Shown here: piece by piece, positions 43,732 through 45,871 of the stretch | Layout of the letters: each line of letters opens with the position of its first letter | Numbering within the stretch: the stretch's first letter is position 1 | Assembly: GCA_964593215.1 (NCBI GenBank) | Contig: CAZQIA010000002.1 | Span: 1-45,871 of the forward strand | DNA: 45,871 nt | Reading direction: 5' to 3' | DNA from: an uncultured Gammaproteobacteria bacterium | Lineage (GTDB): Bacteria; Patescibacteriota; Microgenomatia; Levybacterales; GWA1-39-11 | Translations under genes and position numbers: made by a program | Notes under the pieces: generated by a model | Seen by the model: the letters and a program-made list of their open reading frames with translations, nothing else | The model's database searches: none | What the model was told of the DNA's origin: nothing

Positions 43732-44487
43732 ATGTCTGCCTATTATTTTAAGAAGCATAAAAAAGGAGTACTTCCAAAAAAACGAAAACTTCTAGGTATT
43801 TTGACAACAGTAACAGGATTAGGAATTTTTATATATTTTTTCTTCCCCATGCTGTTATATCAATTCTATTTTGGATTTTCTTCAGACTTAGTTGAAGTTC
43901 CAGTACCTAGGCATGAAATGGTTGGTGGAGGCTTTGGGAGTCTTTTTAAACAAGGCGTTTTAAATCTAACAAAAAATTACGATGATGCAAGAAGTTGGTA
44001 TCCTACTCTTCATCTATCAAACAACACTTCAGTTCCCACATATTCACTCTCAATTCCAAAACTCAAAATAGAAAATGCAGTAGTTTCAACCACAGATTAT
44101 GATTTAGCTAATCATTTAATACAATACGCTGGAACAGCAATTCCGGGACAGGAAGGAAACGCAATTATTTTTGGACACTCAACCCTGCCACAGTGGTTTG
44201 ATCCAAAAAACTACAAAACAATTTTTGCAACTCTCCACACTATTAAAAATGGAGACAAGATCATTGCAAAAGTAAATAACGTGGAATATTCATTTAAAAT
44301 ATTCTCCATCACTATTACATCTGCAGAAGATACTGGTATTTTTTCTCAAGCATACGACCATCCATATATAACTATAGTAACCTGTACTCCTCCTGGGACT
44401 ATTTGGAAACGGCTGGTTGTAAGGGCAAGTCTTGAGGAAGTAGGAAAAAATGCAAAGACAGGAGCAGTCCTGATTGCAAAAAAATAA
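43732..44487 (+). CDS. Sortase-family transpeptidase
   Basis: N-terminal TM, catalytic His in AIIFGHST, TLxTC-type ITIVTCTPPG, and Arg in RLVVRASL. Confidence 0.8.
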   Translation: MSAYYFKKHKKGVLPKKRKLLGILTTVTGLGIFIYFFFPMLLYQFYFGFSSDLVEVPVPRHEMVGGGFGSLFKQGVLNLTKNYDDARSWYPTLHLSNNTSVPTYSLSIPKLKIENAVVSTTDYDLANHLIQYAGTAIPGQEGNAIIFGHSTLPQWFDPKNYKTIFATLHTIKNGDKIIAKVNNVEYSFKIFSITITSAEDTGIFSQAYDHPYITIVTCTPPGTIWKRLVVRASLEEVGKNAKTGAVLIAKK

Positions 44488-44489
44488 TA

Positions 44490-44717
44490 ATGGATCCGCA
44501 AAATAGTCAGTCTGCTTATTTTTCTCAAACCCAATTTGATCCGACTAAAGATTCAGGAAGGAAAAAAATCCAGAATTTTTGGGACGGATTTATGTACAGG
44601 CTTAGACAAATTTGGCCATATATTTACCAATTGATTAACTTTTTGGTTTATGAAATTATTAAAGTTCTCAAAGGAATTGTGAGAATGGCAATGGAGCAAT
44701 TTAAGGGAGGAGGATAG
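44490..44717 (+). CDS. Hypothetical small protein (75 aa), amphipathic/hydrophobic centre, ends KGGG
   Basis: ORF tightly packed between the sortase gene (2-nt gap) and the phosphorylase gene (2-nt gap). I recognise no family. Confidence 0.35.
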   Translation: MDPQNSQSAYFSQTQFDPTKDSGRKKIQNFWDGFMYRLRQIWPYIYQLINFLVYEIIKVLKGIVRMAMEQFKGGG

Positions 44718-44719
44718 CT

Positions 44720-45871
44720 ATGGAAGAAAAAGATTTAGCACTTAAGGCAATTCAAAAAAAACTCATAGGAAAAAAATTATCCTACAGAGAGATCTACTCA
44801 ATCATGGACGAAATCGCAAAAGATAGATTGGGAGATATTCTTACTACGTATTTTGTTGCCTCAGGATACTCAAAGGGTTTTTCAAATGACGAAATTTACT
44901 ATCTTACTAAAGCAATGGTTGAGACAGGAGATAAGTTAGATTTTCCGGGAATTGTTGCGGACAAACATTCTATTGGTGGTACACCAGGAACTAGAGCAAC
45001 TATGATTGTTGTTCCTATAATTGCATCTGCAGGCTTTACTATACCTAAAAGTTCTTCCCGCGCTATCACAACTCCAGCTGGAACAGCAGATTGCATGGAA
45101 GTTTTGGCAAAGGTTACATTTACAAAAAAACAAATACAAAAAATTGTAGAAAAAACAGGCGGGTGTATTGTGTGGGGCGGAAGTTTTAAGATTGCGCCGG
45201 CAGATGATGAAATAATTCACGTTGAAGAACCTCTTGTTTTTGAGAGTTACGATAAAGTGTTAGTTTCTGTGATGGCAAAAAAAATTGCATTTGGTTCAAC
45301 TCATGTGATTATTGATTTGCCATATGGGAAAACGGTTAAGGTACATAGCAAAGAAGACGTTGAGCTTTTATCTAATAAATTTAAATATCTTGCAAAACGT
45401 TTTAAAGTTCACCTGGATACATACATTCATAAAGTTGAAGAGCCAGCCGGTCAGGGAGTAGGACCGCTTCTAGAGGCAAAGGATGCTTTAAAAGTTCTGG
45501 AAAGAACTGAAGATAGACCCATGGCACTAGAAGAGCGTTCAATTCTTCTTTCTTCCATGCTATTAGATTTATGCCTTGAAGGAAACAAACCAAAAGATTT
45601 TGAGAATTCTCAAAAATGGGCTCAATACATCTTAGACAGTGGACAAGCGCATGAAAAGATGAAGCAGATAATAGAGGCACAAGGCGGAGATTCATTTATT
45701 TCAGCACGTGATTTAGAGCCGGCAAAACATCATGGATTTATCAGGGCTGAAAAAAGCGGTGAGATAGAAGAAGTGGAAAATCGCAACATTACTACCATCG
45801 CAAAACTTTTAGGTGCACCCCAGGATAAAACCGCCGGTTTATTTCTTAAAAAAAGAATTGGAGATAAGGTT
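44720..45871 (+). CDS. Thymidine phosphorylase-family nucleoside/AMP phosphorylase, 3' end outside the window
   Basis: Absent from the ORF track because it runs off the window. My translation from the ATG at 44720 is MEEKDLALKAIQKKLIGKKLSYREIYSIMDEIA...ADKHSIGGTPGTRATMIVVPI...TTPAGTADCMEVL...GGCIVWGG...PADD, which matches glycosyltransferase family 3. It is open for all 384 codons. Confidence 0.75.
   Translation, partial: MEEKDLALKAIQKKLIGKKLSYREIYSIMDEIAKDRLGDILTTYFVASGYSKGFSNDEIYYLTKAMVETGDKLDFPGIVADKHSIGGTPGTRATMIVVPIIASAGFTIPKSSSRAITTPAGTADCMEVLAKVTFTKKQIQKIVEKTGGCIVWGGSFKIAPADDEIIHVEEPLVFESYDKVLVSVMAKKIAFGSTHVIIDLPYGKTVKVHSKEDVELLSNKFKYLAKRFKVHLDTYIHKVEEPAGQGVGPLLEAKDALKVLERTEDRPMALEERSILLSSMLLDLCLEGNKPKDFENSQKWAQYILDSGQAHEKMKQIIEAQGGDSFISARDLEPAKHHGFIRAEKSGEIEEVENRNITTIAKLLGAPQDKTAGLFLKKRIGDKV

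Noticed and set aside
1-45871. CRISPR arrays, tRNA/rRNA genes, transposases, integrases or prophage genes.
   Set aside because: By eye I found no regularly spaced direct repeats, no tRNA T-arm/acceptor signatures in intergenic regions, and no ORF with transposase, integrase or phage hallmarks. A tRNAscan, Infernal or ISfinder run would be the definitive check.
1-45871. Alternative genetic code (UGA recoding, as in some CPR lineages).
   Set aside because: Long ORFs for conserved proteins (pnp, ftsK, RND, alaS) are intact and full-length under the standard code, with no in-frame stops needing reassignment.

Overview
AT-rich bacterial window with compact, streamlined genes. By inference it fits a CPR/Patescibacteria (Microgenomates-like) genome: IF2 starts at the G domain, AlaRS lacks C-Ala, and there is a sortase, a giant surface protein and a thymidine/AMP-phosphorylase-family gene. 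Standard genetic code. I saw no rRNA, tRNA, CRISPR array, transposase or integrase. Left part (1-20.5 kb, almost all minus strand): a partial AlkA-like glycosylase, then a DUF2130 coiled-coil nuclease-like protein with a degenerate-P-loop NTPase/winged-helix protein. This is followed by an ~18-kb co-directional envelope/export block: two tandem MFP-ABC-FtsX (MacAB-like) triads, a small anchored protein, a 1505-aa surface protein (MG/Ig-like N-terminus, beta-helix repeats, DUF2341+LamG), an MFP+RND pump, a MutY-like glycosylase and a secreted CAP-domain protein. A chimeric ORF (20542-21294) marks the junction. Right part (21.3-45.9 kb, plus strand) is housekeeping: nusA-infB, a catalytically degenerate NrnA-like protein, an orphan OmpR-type wHTH, rpsO-pnp, a protease-less Lon AAA+ module, RNase J, a GT28-like glycosyltransferase, ftsK, a rodZ-like gene, a DUF948/YtxH pair, a yvcK-like gene, nth, a CBS-HPF fusion, short alaS, an actin-like/TM protein with a sortase, and a 3'-truncated nucleoside phosphorylase. 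Best leads: (i) a 58-nt bipartite hairpin element present twice (before nusA and before nth) whose only stem differences are three compensatory double changes; (ii) a four-CBS + ribosome-hibernation-factor fusion; (iii) a Lon ATPase without a protease domain between pnp and rnj; (iv) a T14 homopolymer replacing the metal-binding TGD motif of RNase J; (v) the giant surface protein embedded among exporters; (vi) recurrent leaderless-type promoter/start-codon geometry.
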